Shown here in pieces: positions 52,740 to 62,356 of a stretch of DNA of 64,000 bases (positions within the stretch are counted from its first letter, which is position 1; each line of letters opens with the position of its first letter). The notes beneath the pieces were generated by a model, which saw only the letters and a program-made list of their open reading frames with translations, ran no database searches and was not told the origin of the DNA. The stretch spans positions 12,545 to 76,544 of the forward strand of contig JAZDFZ010000067.1 of the NCBI GenBank assembly GCA_043807425.1. The letters are read 5' to 3'. Both the position numbers and the translations under genes were made by a program. The DNA comes from Actinomycetota bacterium. Its GTDB lineage: Bacteria; Actinomycetota; Geothermincolia; Fen-727; Anoxymicrobiaceae.

Positions 52740-55307
52740 ATGGGCACCTCATCCACAGGTCGTTCCAGCGGACGGCCGGTCGCATCCGGGACGGGGCACT
52801 CGCCGTCGGCCAGGGCGGCGAGGCTGAAGGAGCGACTGCTCTCGAGCCCGTACGAGATCGACATCGAGCGCGCGCGCTCGTACACGTCCTCCTGGCGGGA
52901 GAACGAGGGCGAGGCGCCGTGCATGAGGGCGGCGCTGGCGCTCTCCGAAGCGCTCCGCGCCCAGACCATCCGTATAGATGACGACGAGCTGCTGGCCGGG
53001 GTCAAGACCGCACGCGCCCTCGCAGGCGTCATACCGGTGGAGCGCGGGGAGTTCAATACCGTGCTCGAGATGGAGATCGACCGCCTGCTTTCCCGCGAGA
53101 CCGGGCGCTTCCACGTGGATCCGGCAGATCGAACCGAGCTCATGGACAGCATCCTGCCGTACTGGCGCGGCCGCACCGTGCGCGCCCGCAAGATCGGGTT
53201 GTGGAAGGATGCGGGACTGTTTGATACGCCCCGTTTCGGACCGGCCGCCCTTGCACGGATAGCCCGGGCCATGGGCCTGGCCAACGTCCGCAAGATCGCG
53301 GGCCAGACCGTGGGGCACACCGCGCGATCGATCGCCCGGGCGCCGCGCATGCAGAGAGAACTCGCGGGGCTCAGACCCAACCTCGCCCTGACCGTCTTCG
53401 ACGTGCAGGGACATTTCGTGCCCGGTTACCGCAGGGTCCTGGAGCTGGGCTTCGAGGGCATCGCGGGTGCAGCCGCCGAACGGATCGAGCAGCTCGAACC
53501 TGCGGAGGACCTCTACGAGGAAAGCCTCGATTTCTACAATGCCGCGATTCTATGCGCGGGGGCTGTCTGTGACTATGCCCGGCGTTACGCGGCGCTGGCC
53601 GCGGAGCAGGCCGCAACCGCACGGGAGCCACGGAAGAGCGAGCTGACGGAGATCGCGGAGCGCTGCCGCCGGGTTCCGGCCCTGCCTCCGCGCAACTTCA
53701 TGGAGGCGTTGCAGTCTCTCTGGATGAGCCAGGTCGCCTTCTCGATCAGCTACGGCATGGCGGGGGTGCTCTCGCCGGGGCGGGTGGACCAGTACCTCGA
53801 TCCGTTCTACCGTGCCGACGTGGAGGCCGGCCTGCTGACCGGGGAGCGGGCCCTGGAGGCCATCGAGGAGTACTACGTCAAGCTCGGCACCGAGCTCATA
53901 ATGCTGATGGAGGTGGGCAAGGACACCGCCAGCGAGTTCGGGGTCGGCTCGAACACGGTCACCATAGGGGGGCGCGACCGGCAGGGGCGCGACGCTACAA
54001 ACGAGGTCTCCTATCTTTTCCTGGAGGCGCACGACAACCTGAAGGCGCTGGCCAATAACCTCTCGGTGAGGGTCTCGCTCCAGACCCCGACCCGGTTCCT
54101 CGAGCGGGCATGCGCCTCGTACCGGGCGACCTCCGGCGTAGCGCTCTTCAATGACGAGAGGATCTCCGCCGAGCTCGAGGCGGACGGGTTCTCTTCCGAG
54201 GACTCCCTCGACTACTCGATAGTGGGCTGCGTCGAGCCGACCGGCACGGGGAACACCTTCGCCTGCACAGCCGGAAACGACATCTCGCTGGCCGGGGTCC
54301 TGGAGATGGCGCTCTTTGAGGGCAGGATGCTCTTCGCCGGCAAACGCGTCGGCGCTCCCACGCCGCCCGCGGGGGAGATGACCCGCTTCGAGGACGTCCA
54401 GGACGCCTTCGTCACTCAGCTCTCGTTCAACGTGGCCAGGCTGGTCCGAGCCGTTGAGCTTCTGGACAGCGTGTATGCCGAATCGTTTCCCGATCCACTT
54501 CTCTCATCGACACTGGAGGGCTGCCTGGAGTCCGGGCACGACATGACCCGCGGTGGGGCGGCATACGAGTTCGGCTCCATCACCGGCCGGGGCCTGGGCA
54601 CGGTCGCGAACTCGCTGGCCGCTATCCGGTGGGCGGTCTTCGAGGAGCGCCTTCTCACCATGGACGAGCTCGCCCGCCACCTCGTGACGGACTTCCGGGG
54701 AGCCCCGGAGCTCAGGGCGGCACTCGCGGGCAAGGCCCCCAGGTACGGCAACGACGACGAGGGCGTGGATGAGATCGCGCGCTGGGTCACCGACGTCTTC
54801 TGCCTGGAGGTGAGGCAGCACCGGTGCGGCAGGGGAGGGTTCTACAGGCCGGGCATGTTCTCCTACGGCGTGCACGTGATAGACGGCCTCTACCTCGGCG
54901 CGACGCCGGACGGGCGCCTGGCGGGAGAGCCTGTTTCGAACGGTATCTCGCCGGTGAACGGCACCGAGAGGCTGGGGCCGACCGCCGTGCTGAGGTCGGC
55001 CGCCGTGGCGGCGTCCGGCCCCCTGAGTGACGGCAGCTCGTTGAACATGAGGCTCTCGCCGGGCCTCATCGCGACGGAGGAGTCGGTGGCGAAGCTGGCC
55101 TCCGTGGTCCGGGCCTACTTCGAGGAGGGCGGGCGCCACATTCAGTTCAACGTGGTGGACACGGACACGCTCCTGGACGCGCAGGCGCACCCCGAGAAGT
55201 ACCCGGACCTCGTGGTCCGGGTCTCGGGCTACTGCGCCTACTTCACCGACCTGGGGCGCTCGATACAGGACGACATCATAGCCCGCACCGACTTCGCGAG
55301 ACTCTGA
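52740..55307 (+). CDS. glycyl radical enzyme (PFL2/1,2-eliminase-type GRE, substrate unknown)
   Basis: C-terminal glycyl-radical motif RVSGYCAYF. Cys loop IVGCVEP, with Glu two residues after the Cys as in GRE dehydratases/lyases. 855 aa. N-terminal LKERLLSSPYEIDIERARSYT typical of the GRE N-terminus. Confidence 0.85.
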   Translation: MGTSSTGRSSGRPVASGTGHSPSARAARLKERLLSSPYEIDIERARSYTSSWRENEGEAPCMRAALALSEALRAQTIRIDDDELLAGVKTARALAGVIPVERGEFNTVLEMEIDRLLSRETGRFHVDPADRTELMDSILPYWRGRTVRARKIGLWKDAGLFDTPRFGPAALARIARAMGLANVRKIAGQTVGHTARSIARAPRMQRELAGLRPNLALTVFDVQGHFVPGYRRVLELGFEGIAGAAAERIEQLEPAEDLYEESLDFYNAAILCAGAVCDYARRYAALAAEQAATAREPRKSELTEIAERCRRVPALPPRNFMEALQSLWMSQVAFSISYGMAGVLSPGRVDQYLDPFYRADVEAGLLTGERALEAIEEYYVKLGTELIMLMEVGKDTASEFGVGSNTVTIGGRDRQGRDATNEVSYLFLEAHDNLKALANNLSVRVSLQTPTRFLERACASYRATSGVALFNDERISAELEADGFSSEDSLDYSIVGCVEPTGTGNTFACTAGNDISLAGVLEMALFEGRMLFAGKRVGAPTPPAGEMTRFEDVQDAFVTQLSFNVARLVRAVELLDSVYAESFPDPLLSSTLEGCLESGHDMTRGGAAYEFGSITGRGLGTVANSLAAIRWAVFEERLLTMDELARHLVTDFRGAPELRAALAGKAPRYGNDDEGVDEIARWVTDVFCLEVRQHRCGRGGFYRPGMFSYGVHVIDGLYLGATPDGRLAGEPVSNGISPVNGTERLGPTAVLRSAAVAASGPLSDGSSLNMRLSPGLIATEESVAKLASVVRAYFEEGGRHIQFNVVDTDTLLDAQAHPEKYPDLVVRVSGYCAYFTDLGRSIQDDIIARTDFARL

Positions 55308-55410
55308 AGGGGGCTCCGGCGACGCCGGATGACATGGAGGAACCAAACCGACGTCGGGCGAATTGAACCGTAACGGGCTACGACCGGTAGCCGGAGAGAA
55401 GGGGGGCATT

Positions 55411-55983
55411 ATGGAGATGGCCGACAGCGACATGGTGGAGACCGCCGGGATGGTGGCGAAGATGTGGTGGGTGTGGCTGGTGACGGGGATAATCTGGATT
55501 ATCCTGTCGCTGGTCATCCTGCAGTTCAACACCGCGTCGGCGACCACGGTTGGCGTTCTGATCGGGATATTTTTCATCCTGGCGGGGCTCCAGAACTTCT
55601 TCATCGGCTACGTCGCCGAAGGGTGGAAGTGGCTCTGGATCGTGTTCGGGGCCCTGTTCATCATCGCGGGGATCGTAGCGCTGGTCTACCCCAAGGACGT
55701 CTTCGCGGACATCGCGAGCGCCCTGGGCTTCCTGTTCCTGGTGTTCGGCGTCTTCTGGATCGTCGAGGCGCTGGCGACGCGGGAAGCTAACAACCTCTGG
55801 TGGATGGGCCTAATCGCCGGCATACTCCTCGTGATCCTCGCTTTCTGGGCCGCGGGCCAGTTCTTCATCACCAAGGCTTACACCCTGCTGGTCTTCGGCG
55901 GGATCTGGGCGCTGATGCACGGCATCATGGACATCATAAGGGCGTTCGAGGTCCGGAAGTTCAAGAAGCTCATCGTGGAGTGA
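55411..55983 (+). CDS. HdeD/DUF308-like small membrane protein
   Basis: Six short TM helices with repeated WW/FG motifs. ATG 55411 is preceded by GGAGAGAAGGGGGG. Track ORF starts at TTG 55363. Confidence 0.55.
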   Translation: MEMADSDMVETAGMVAKMWWVWLVTGIIWIILSLVILQFNTASATTVGVLIGIFFILAGLQNFFIGYVAEGWKWLWIVFGALFIIAGIVALVYPKDVFADIASALGFLFLVFGVFWIVEALATREANNLWWMGLIAGILLVILAFWAAGQFFITKAYTLLVFGGIWALMHGIMDIIRAFEVRKFKKLIVE

Positions 55984-56011
55984 GCGCGGCGACGGCCCGA
56001 TCAGCCCGCGG

Positions 56012-56431
56012 CTAACTGAAAAGGACGTATAGAGCGAACCCTATCAGCGGGTTGGCGATGATAGCGATTATGCCGAGCGTGATGCCGGTCGAGGCGCGGC
56101 GCCTCTCGAGGTCCGGATCCATGAAGCGGCTCAGGTACTGGCGCCTCAACGGCGGCATCGCGTCGAGGAACGCCTTTACCTTCTTGCCGGTGTATATGGC
56201 CACGACCGAGAGCATGAGTGCGATGATGCCCCCCACCGGCATGAAGACCAGTCTTGCCCCGGTCGTCCTCGACCGCGCCAGGCCCAGGAGCAGGGGAACC
56301 AGGAATCCCAGGAGGTAACCCCCCACCGCTACAGCCAGGGCCGCGATGCCCCGCCGGAAGGCGATGTTGCCCGGGTGGGGACGCTTCGGAGCGAGGTTCT
56401 CGGTGCCGGGATAAGGCGGGACTTCGGCCAT
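56012..56431 (-). CDS. hypothetical small membrane protein
   Basis: 139 aa, 3 predicted TM helices, no recognisable motif. Confidence 0.4.
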   Translation of the reverse strand: MAEVPPYPGTENLAPKRPHPGNIAFRRGIAALAVAVGGYLLGFLVPLLLGLARSRTTGARLVFMPVGGIIALMLSVVAIYTGKKVKAFLDAMPPLRRQYLSRFMDPDLERRRASTGITLGIIAIIANPLIGFALYVLFS

Positions 56432-56435
56432 CGGG

Positions 56436-56825
56436 TCAGACCCTGATCCACTCGATCTTCTCGGTGCCCCTTGTCTCGATCAGCTTGTCCCGTGACATCT
56501 CCGGACCTTCCACGGTCGCGAAGGTCATCCGCGGGTCGTCGATGGTCACCGAGCCGGACTCGACCGCGTAGGTGCCCTTGTGGGACTGGCCGTCATAAGC
56601 CATGACGTAGGTGTTGTCCGGGTAGAAGGTCAGGTGGTAGACGTCGGCCGACTGGCCCTGTATGATCCAGGTCCCCAGCACCTCGATGCTCCCTCCGCTG
56701 GAGGAGGGGGTCGTTGCCGGCGTGGTCGCGGGGGTCGTCGAACCGCCGGAGCCTCCGCATCCCGAGACCATCCCCGCGAGCACAAGCAACGGGACTATGA
56801 TCGCTGGAACGGCGATACGCTTCAT
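56436..56825 (-). CDS. hypothetical lipoprotein
   Basis: Start ATG 56825 is 8 nt after GGAGGTG. Lipobox LLVLAGMVSGCGGSGGS followed by a Thr/Pro-rich linker. Track ORF is longer (to 56906). Confidence 0.45.
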   Translation of the reverse strand: MKRIAVPAIIVPLLVLAGMVSGCGGSGGSTTPATTPATTPSSSGGSIEVLGTWIIQGQSADVYHLTFYPDNTYVMAYDGQSHKGTYAVESGSVTIDDPRMTFATVEGPEMSRDKLIETRGTEKIEWIRV

Positions 56826-56936
56826 CGCATTCACCTCCGGGTAGCGGGACTCGACATCGTGCAACCCGCATGATATGTCCGGGGGCCGCCGCCGCGCAAC
56901 AGGCACGCGGCATATAATGGGATCTGTCGCTACGAG

Positions 56937-57644
56937 GTGTGTCTCGCGAGTCAGGGTATGGGAATGAACAGGAAGCTTGCGGTGCTGTCGGGGCTTGACA
57001 TGGTGATCGCCCTGGCGCTCATTGAGCCCGCCATGGGAAGGCTGAAGAAGCTGGGGGACGCCCTGGAGGCCAAGCAGTACCTGCTGATTATGCCCACCGG
57101 CGAGGTCGCATACCTATTTCCACCAGCGCGCGAGCTGTCGGTCCCGATGCTGGGAAGGGTCGGCGGCGCGATGCTCGCCGCCGGGCTCCTGCCCGCGGTC
57201 GGCCGGCTGCGTCGTAAAGGGCTGGACCGCGTGTCGACGCTGGGATGGTCGATGGTGCTCGCAGGCACGGCCATGCTGATCTCCGAGTACAGGTCGGGCG
57301 GCGAGTGGGTCCTGTTCGGGCGGATAGGAGCCAGGTACCTGGCCTCCGCCATGGTGGCGGTCGGCTCGTTCCTGTGCGTGCGCGACCGCACGTACCTGGC
57401 GACGCTCGGCATGGGCGGCTTCACATGGGACCTCTCCTCGGCGATCTTCTGGGCGAGGCTGCGCCGCAGCTGGAGGGCCACGGTGCCCGTCCCCTGGTAC
57501 CACCACTTCGACCAGGAGGAAGGACGCGGCGCCCCCTGCTGGCTGGTGGCGCTCCTCGACACCTGTGGCATAGCCTACTTCGCCTGGGTAGCGAGCAGCC
57601 GCTTCGACCCCTTCAGGCTTTTCGACGAGGAGGGCGGCGGGTGA
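56937..57644 (+). CDS. hypothetical membrane protein
   Basis: ~5 TM helices. Stop overlaps the GTG start of the downstream dehydrogenase (GTGA). Start uncertain. Confidence 0.4.
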   Translation: MCLASQGMGMNRKLAVLSGLDMVIALALIEPAMGRLKKLGDALEAKQYLLIMPTGEVAYLFPPARELSVPMLGRVGGAMLAAGLLPAVGRLRRKGLDRVSTLGWSMVLAGTAMLISEYRSGGEWVLFGRIGARYLASAMVAVGSFLCVRDRTYLATLGMGGFTWDLSSAIFWARLRRSWRATVPVPWYHHFDQEEGRGAPCWLVALLDTCGIAYFAWVASSRFDPFRLFDEEGGG

Positions 57645-58657
57645 GAAGCCTGGTCCTTCTGGGCCCACGCTCCCTCGCTCTCGAGGAGACGGGCGTTCCG
57701 GAAGCCGCGCCGGGAGAGGTCGTCGTTCGTGTGGCGTCGTGCGGGATCTGCGGGAGCGACGTTCACTCCTACGCCGGCAGGCACCCCTTCGTGATCTACC
57801 CGGTTGTCCAGGGCCACGAGTTCTCCGGCACGGTGGAGTCGGTCGGGGAGGGCGTGAGTGAGGACCTCCTGGGAGGACGCGTGGTCGTGGAGCCGTCGCT
57901 GGCCTGCGGGCGGTGCCGGCAGTGCCTTTCGGGCAGGTACAACATCTGCACAGGGCTGCGGGTCATGGGTTTCCAGGCGCCCGGTGCCATGTGCGAGTAC
58001 ATCGCGGTGCCGGAGGAACGGCTGCATCCGCTGCCGGACCGGGTGAGCCTCACCGAGGGGGCGCTGGTCGAACCCTGCGCGGTCGCGGTCCACGCCTTCG
58101 CCCGGTCCGGGGTCTCCCCCGGGGAAGCGATCGCAGTGATCGGCGCCGGGGTGATCGGCTCCATGATAATCAAGGTGGCCAAGGCCTGCGGGTGCACGGT
58201 CGTGGCCCTCGAGAGTGACGAGGGACGCGCACAGCGGGCGGCCGGCATGGGGGCGGACGCGGCGCTGGTGTCCGCAACGGTGTCCGCGGACGACGTGGCG
58301 GGAGTAGCGGGCGGAGAGGTAGCCGCGGTCTTCGAGTGCGTTGGAGACGGGCGCACGCTGGCCCGGGCCATTGAGATCGCGCCCAGGGGCTCGACGGTCG
58401 TGGTGGTAGGCGTGTTCGCCGGACCCGTGCCCGTCGAGGCGGCCCTGATACAGGACGGGGAGCTAGATCTCAAGGGAACCCTAATGTACAGGGGCGAGGA
58501 TTTCCGCCGCGCGATAGACCTGATGTCGGATCGTGCCCTGGACGTCTCCGGCTTCGTCTCGCGGAGTGTCTCCCTGGAGGGGGTCGAGGAGGCATACCGG
58601 CTGCTGCTGGAACCCGCGAGCGACCTGATGAAGGTCATAGTGGAACCGGGAGGGTGA
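57641..58657 (+). CDS. zinc-dependent medium-chain alcohol/polyol dehydrogenase (sorbitol/threonine-DH-like)
   Basis: CGICGSDVH and GHEFSG zinc motifs. Structural zinc CGRCRQCLSGRYNIC. NAD motif GAGVIGSM. GTG start is in frame within track ORF 57245..58657. Confidence 0.8.
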   Translation: MRSLVLLGPRSLALEETGVPEAAPGEVVVRVASCGICGSDVHSYAGRHPFVIYPVVQGHEFSGTVESVGEGVSEDLLGGRVVVEPSLACGRCRQCLSGRYNICTGLRVMGFQAPGAMCEYIAVPEERLHPLPDRVSLTEGALVEPCAVAVHAFARSGVSPGEAIAVIGAGVIGSMIIKVAKACGCTVVALESDEGRAQRAAGMGADAALVSATVSADDVAGVAGGEVAAVFECVGDGRTLARAIEIAPRGSTVVVVGVFAGPVPVEAALIQDGELDLKGTLMYRGEDFRRAIDLMSDRALDVSGFVSRSVSLEGVEEAYRLLLEPASDLMKVIVEPGG

Positions 58658-58658
58658 T

Positions 58659-59759
58659 TTGACGGCCGAGGTATTCTTCACCCCTTCGGCGGCGCGTGGC
58701 AAGGACGAGGTGCTGAGCGGCCGCATAGCGGGGATGCTGGAAGCGACGGGCTTCCTTGGATCCCTGGAGGCGGGCGACAGGGTGGCGGTAAAGATCCACC
58801 CCGGCGAGATGGGCAGCACCTCATACCTGAGGCCGGCGATAGCCTCGAGCATCGTGAAGTCACTGCTCGCGCGAGGCGTGCGACCATTCGTAACAGAGAC
58901 AACCACGCTCTACTGCAGGGAGAGGTTCACCGCCGGGGAGCTGCGCAGGACCGCGGCGCACAACGGCTTCACCGAGGAGACCATGGGGTGCCGGTTCGTG
59001 GTGGGGGACGCCGGCCCGGACGTGGAGGTGCGCGCGACGGGTCCCAACCTGGAATCGGTGGGCGTCGCCTCCGAGATCGCGCGCGCGGACGCGCTGCTGG
59101 TACTCGCCCACTTCACGGCGCACCTCTGGACGGCCGGCGTCGCGGGGGCCGTCAAGCAACTCGGAATGGGATGCGTCGGGCGCCGCACCAAGAGGGAAGT
59201 GCACCGCTCCACCACCATCGAGATCGACCGGGACCTCTGCGTGGCGTGCGGTGGCTGCGTTGAGGTGTGCAAGAGCGCCGGCATCGAGGTGGTCGGCGAT
59301 GTCGCGGAGATAAACGACGAGTGCGCGAGGTGCGGAGTCTGCATAGGTTTCTGCGATGAGGGAGCCATCACCTACGCGCACGACCTGGACCGCTTCGCCG
59401 GTGGGCTCGCGGAGGCGGCCGCCGCGGCCGCATCGTGCTTCCCGCGGGAGAAGGCCGTCTACGTGAACGCCCTGGTGGACGTGACCTGGCACTGCGACTG
59501 CGAGGACTTCTCCGACGACCCGGTGTTCCCGGACATCGGCGTTCTGGTCTCGCGCGATCCCGTAGCCCTGGACCAGGCGTCCGCCGACCTGGTCAACTCG
59601 GCCACCCCCTGCCCGGGAACGCTGGCGGACACCCCCGAGGTGCTCGCCGCCCCGGACAGGCTCCTGGCCCTCTCGGGGATGGAGTGGTGGAGGCACCTGG
59701 AGAAGGCGCCGCGCGCGGGGTTGGGTACGAGAAGCTACGTCTTGACACAATGGCGTTGA
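58659..59759 (+). CDS. DUF362-domain protein with inserted 2x[4Fe-4S] ferredoxin motifs
   Basis: CVACGGCVEVC and CARCGVCIGFC motifs inside a DUF362-like scaffold. TTG start is 5 nt after GGGAGGG and 1 nt after the dehydrogenase stop. Confidence 0.6.
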   Translation: MTAEVFFTPSAARGKDEVLSGRIAGMLEATGFLGSLEAGDRVAVKIHPGEMGSTSYLRPAIASSIVKSLLARGVRPFVTETTTLYCRERFTAGELRRTAAHNGFTEETMGCRFVVGDAGPDVEVRATGPNLESVGVASEIARADALLVLAHFTAHLWTAGVAGAVKQLGMGCVGRRTKREVHRSTTIEIDRDLCVACGGCVEVCKSAGIEVVGDVAEINDECARCGVCIGFCDEGAITYAHDLDRFAGGLAEAAAAAASCFPREKAVYVNALVDVTWHCDCEDFSDDPVFPDIGVLVSRDPVALDQASADLVNSATPCPGTLADTPEVLAAPDRLLALSGMEWWRHLEKAPRAGLGTRSYVLTQWR

Positions 59760-59768
59760 CGTGAACCG

Positions 59769-59859
59769 GGTGACAGGTACTTTTAACCCCTTTTGTTAAC
59801 CCCTGTAGTTACTACCGGATGCCCACTATTAACAAAAGGGGTTAAAAGTACCTGTCACC
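59769..59859. terminator. 91-bp perfect hairpin (31-bp arms, 29-nt loop) filling the convergent intergenic gap
   Basis: GGTGACAGGTACTTTTAACCCCTTTTGTTAA at 59769-59799 is the exact reverse complement of 59829-59859. Starts 10 nt after the DUF362 gene stop and ends at the base preceding the alkylsulfatase stop codon. Confidence 0.7.
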
Positions 59860-61761
59860 TCATGGGGTGACGATGTTGAACCAGGAGTCGTCGCGGTCCA
59901 TCAGCGAGAAGAGCTCGCCCAGCTTCTCTCCCGCGCCCTCGACGGCCACCTCGCCCCCGCCCAGGGCGGCCTGGAGGTCCGCGGTCCCGCCGACGATCTG
60001 ACCCAGAAGCCGGAACGGAAGGCTCAGGGTGACGTCCGCATCCTCGAGGGAGCCCTCGCCGTGGTTGAGCACGCAGTTCTCCAGCACCTGATGGTAGTCG
60101 GCTCCGGTGTCCGTGAAGCGGACGTTTACCCGTACGCTCTTCCCGGCCGCCTTCGGCCCGTCCAGGTGGACCGCCATCGCGTCGAATATCATGTCGGGGG
60201 TGAGAGAGAGCACCAGGTCCGGGGCCCCCGCCTGGGCGCGTGATGCATCCTCGACAACACCGTTGCGGAGCTCCATGGCGCCCGTCAGGAAGAAGTTGCG
60301 CCAGGTGGCGTTCTCCGTGACGTACCCCATCTGCTCCAGGGCGTCGGCCTGCAGCGAGCGCGCCGCCTCGTTGTCCGGCTGGGCAAACACCAGGTGGTTC
60401 ACGACCTGGGCCACCCAGCGATACTCGCCGTTCCCGTACGCCTCACGTGCTTTGCCGAGTAGCGCGTCGGCTCCACCCATGAATTCGACGTACCTCTCGC
60501 CCGCCTCCACGGGCGGCAGGGGGTGGAGGTTGGCCGGGTTGCCGTCGAACCACCCCATGTACCGCTGGTATATGGCCTTCACGTTGTGGCTGACGCTTCC
60601 GTAGTAACCCCGGTTGTACCACTCCCGGGCGAGCTCCCCGGGTAGCTCCAGCGTCTCGGCGATCTCGATGCCCGTGTAGCCGGCGTTGAGCATGCGCACG
60701 GTCTGGTCGTGGAGATACCTGTACATGTCACGCTGTTTTTTCAGGTACTCGAGTCCCCGCTCCCGGCCCCATACGGGCCAGTGGTGACTGGTGAAGACCA
60801 GGTCCGCCTCGCCGGAGAAGAGACCTATCGCCTCGTCCAGGTAGTGAGACCAGGCCCTGGCGTCACGCACCTGGGCACCCCTGAGTGTCAGCAGGTTGTG
60901 CATGTTGTGTGAGCAGTTCTCCGCCATGCACAGGGCGGACATCTCGGGGAAGAAGAAGTTCATCTCCGCGGGCGCCTCGGTGCCAGGTGTCACCTGGAAG
61001 ACGACCTGGACCCCGTCCAGGGTCATCTCGTGGCCGGTCTCTCTCACGTAGTGCGTGGGTTCGATGAGCGTAACCGTCCCCGACGAGGTCGCCTTCCCCA
61101 GGCCGGCGTCCACCTGGCCTCTGGGTCCACGTGGCAGGAGGGTGCCGTACATGTAGCCGGCCCGCCGGGCCATGGCCGGTCCCGCCATCACGTTCTCGCT
61201 GACGGCGGCCTCCATGAACCCTTCGGGCGCGATGATCCCGACCCCCCGGGTCCTGGCGTCCTCCACGGAAATGATGCCCTGCACACCGCCGAAGTGATCG
61301 ATATGGCTGTGGGTGTAGATGACCGTGGTGACCGGGCGTTTTTCGACGTGCTCGAAGACCAGCTCAAGCGAGGCCCTCGCGCACTCGGCCGAGATGAGGG
61401 GATCGATGACGATCCACCCGTCATCGCCGCGGATGAAGCTGATGACCGACAGGTCGTGTCCGCGTACCTGGTAGATGCGGTCGGTCACCTGGAACAGGCC
61501 GTGCGCCATGTTGAGCCTGGCCTGCCGCCAGAGGCTCGGGTTGACGGTGGCGGGGGGCTCCTCCTGCTCCAGGAAGGAGTAAGGTGCCAGGTCCCACACG
61601 CATCGGCCGTCATCCGTCCTGATCGCCGTGTCATCGAGACTCGCGATGAAACCGCGGCGTGACGCCTCGTGGTCGGTGGCATCCGTCCAGTCCAGGCCTG
61701 AGTCCCGGCGGAAGCAGCGGTTGGCCTCTTCCGTGAATCCCGTGGCGTCCTTCGCGTCCAT
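59860..61761 (-). CDS. MBL-fold alkyl/aryl-sulfatase (SdsA1/BDS1-like, type III sulfatase)
   Basis: Metallo-beta-lactamase motif IYTHSHIDHFGG. 633 aa with the typical MBL + dimerisation + SCP2-like C-terminal architecture of SdsA1-type alkylsulfatases. Confidence 0.8.
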   Translation of the reverse strand: MDAKDATGFTEEANRCFRRDSGLDWTDATDHEASRRGFIASLDDTAIRTDDGRCVWDLAPYSFLEQEEPPATVNPSLWRQARLNMAHGLFQVTDRIYQVRGHDLSVISFIRGDDGWIVIDPLISAECARASLELVFEHVEKRPVTTVIYTHSHIDHFGGVQGIISVEDARTRGVGIIAPEGFMEAAVSENVMAGPAMARRAGYMYGTLLPRGPRGQVDAGLGKATSSGTVTLIEPTHYVRETGHEMTLDGVQVVFQVTPGTEAPAEMNFFFPEMSALCMAENCSHNMHNLLTLRGAQVRDARAWSHYLDEAIGLFSGEADLVFTSHHWPVWGRERGLEYLKKQRDMYRYLHDQTVRMLNAGYTGIEIAETLELPGELAREWYNRGYYGSVSHNVKAIYQRYMGWFDGNPANLHPLPPVEAGERYVEFMGGADALLGKAREAYGNGEYRWVAQVVNHLVFAQPDNEAARSLQADALEQMGYVTENATWRNFFLTGAMELRNGVVEDASRAQAGAPDLVLSLTPDMIFDAMAVHLDGPKAAGKSVRVNVRFTDTGADYHQVLENCVLNHGEGSLEDADVTLSLPFRLLGQIVGGTADLQAALGGGEVAVEGAGEKLGELFSLMDRDDSWFNIVTP

Positions 61762-61843
61762 GATTACCCCCTGTGGTTCCGGGCGTGGCTGTGCCGCTCG
61801 ATTCTAACAGAGAGGCACCGGCGAACAGGTCGGACAAAAGGAA

Positions 61844-61874
61844 GGAGGCGACGGTAGGGGGGACCGCCGCCTCC
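61844..61874 (-). terminator. rho-independent terminator of the 61901-62356 gene
   Basis: 12-bp stem GGAGGCGACGGT / ACCGCCGCCTCC (1 mismatch) with loop AGGGGGG. Followed on the minus strand by UUCCUUUUGUCC. 27 nt beyond the stop. Confidence 0.6.
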
Positions 61875-61900
61875 AGGGTGGAGGTTACTTCTGTCGGGTC

Positions 61901-62356
61901 TTAGATGCTCGAGCCCTGTCCCGGCGTACTGGGGACCCCGGGAGCCGGCTCTGTCGTCGTATCGGGGCCGGGTGCCGACTGGTCCGGCAGCTGCCTGCGG
62001 AACCTGGGAAGCTGATCCTCGCCGTCCTGCCACTTCCGCGAACCCGGTCCCTGCCCCGGCATTTTCTGGAGGCCCTGCCCCTGCTGCTGCCATCGGTCCT
62101 CGAACCGGAGTCCCTTGTGACCGCCGAAATCGCCGGTGACCGCCAGAACGATGGTCGCGACGAGCAGCAGTACGGCTATGCTGGAGACGGCGACGAGTGC
62201 GATCGTCTTCCAGTCCCGCGGCTTCGAGGCCTTTGGCGACGAGGGGCTCGCCGGCGCAACGGCTGCGGTACCCTCGCCCGCCGGGGCCTCGGAAGCGGCG
62301 GAGGGGGCTATCTCCTCGGTCTTGCTTTCCGGCGTACCGCCGGTGGTCTCTTCCAT
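61901..62356 (-). CDS. hypothetical single-pass membrane protein, low-complexity (Ala/Pro/Gly/Gln-rich)
   Basis: Central TM helix IALVAVSSIAVLLLVATIVLAV. Has its own intrinsic terminator. No known motif. Confidence 0.4.
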   Translation of the reverse strand: MEETTGGTPESKTEEIAPSAASEAPAGEGTAAVAPASPSSPKASKPRDWKTIALVAVSSIAVLLLVATIVLAVTGDFGGHKGLRFEDRWQQQGQGLQKMPGQGPGSRKWQDGEDQLPRFRRQLPDQSAPGPDTTTEPAPGVPSTPGQGSSI

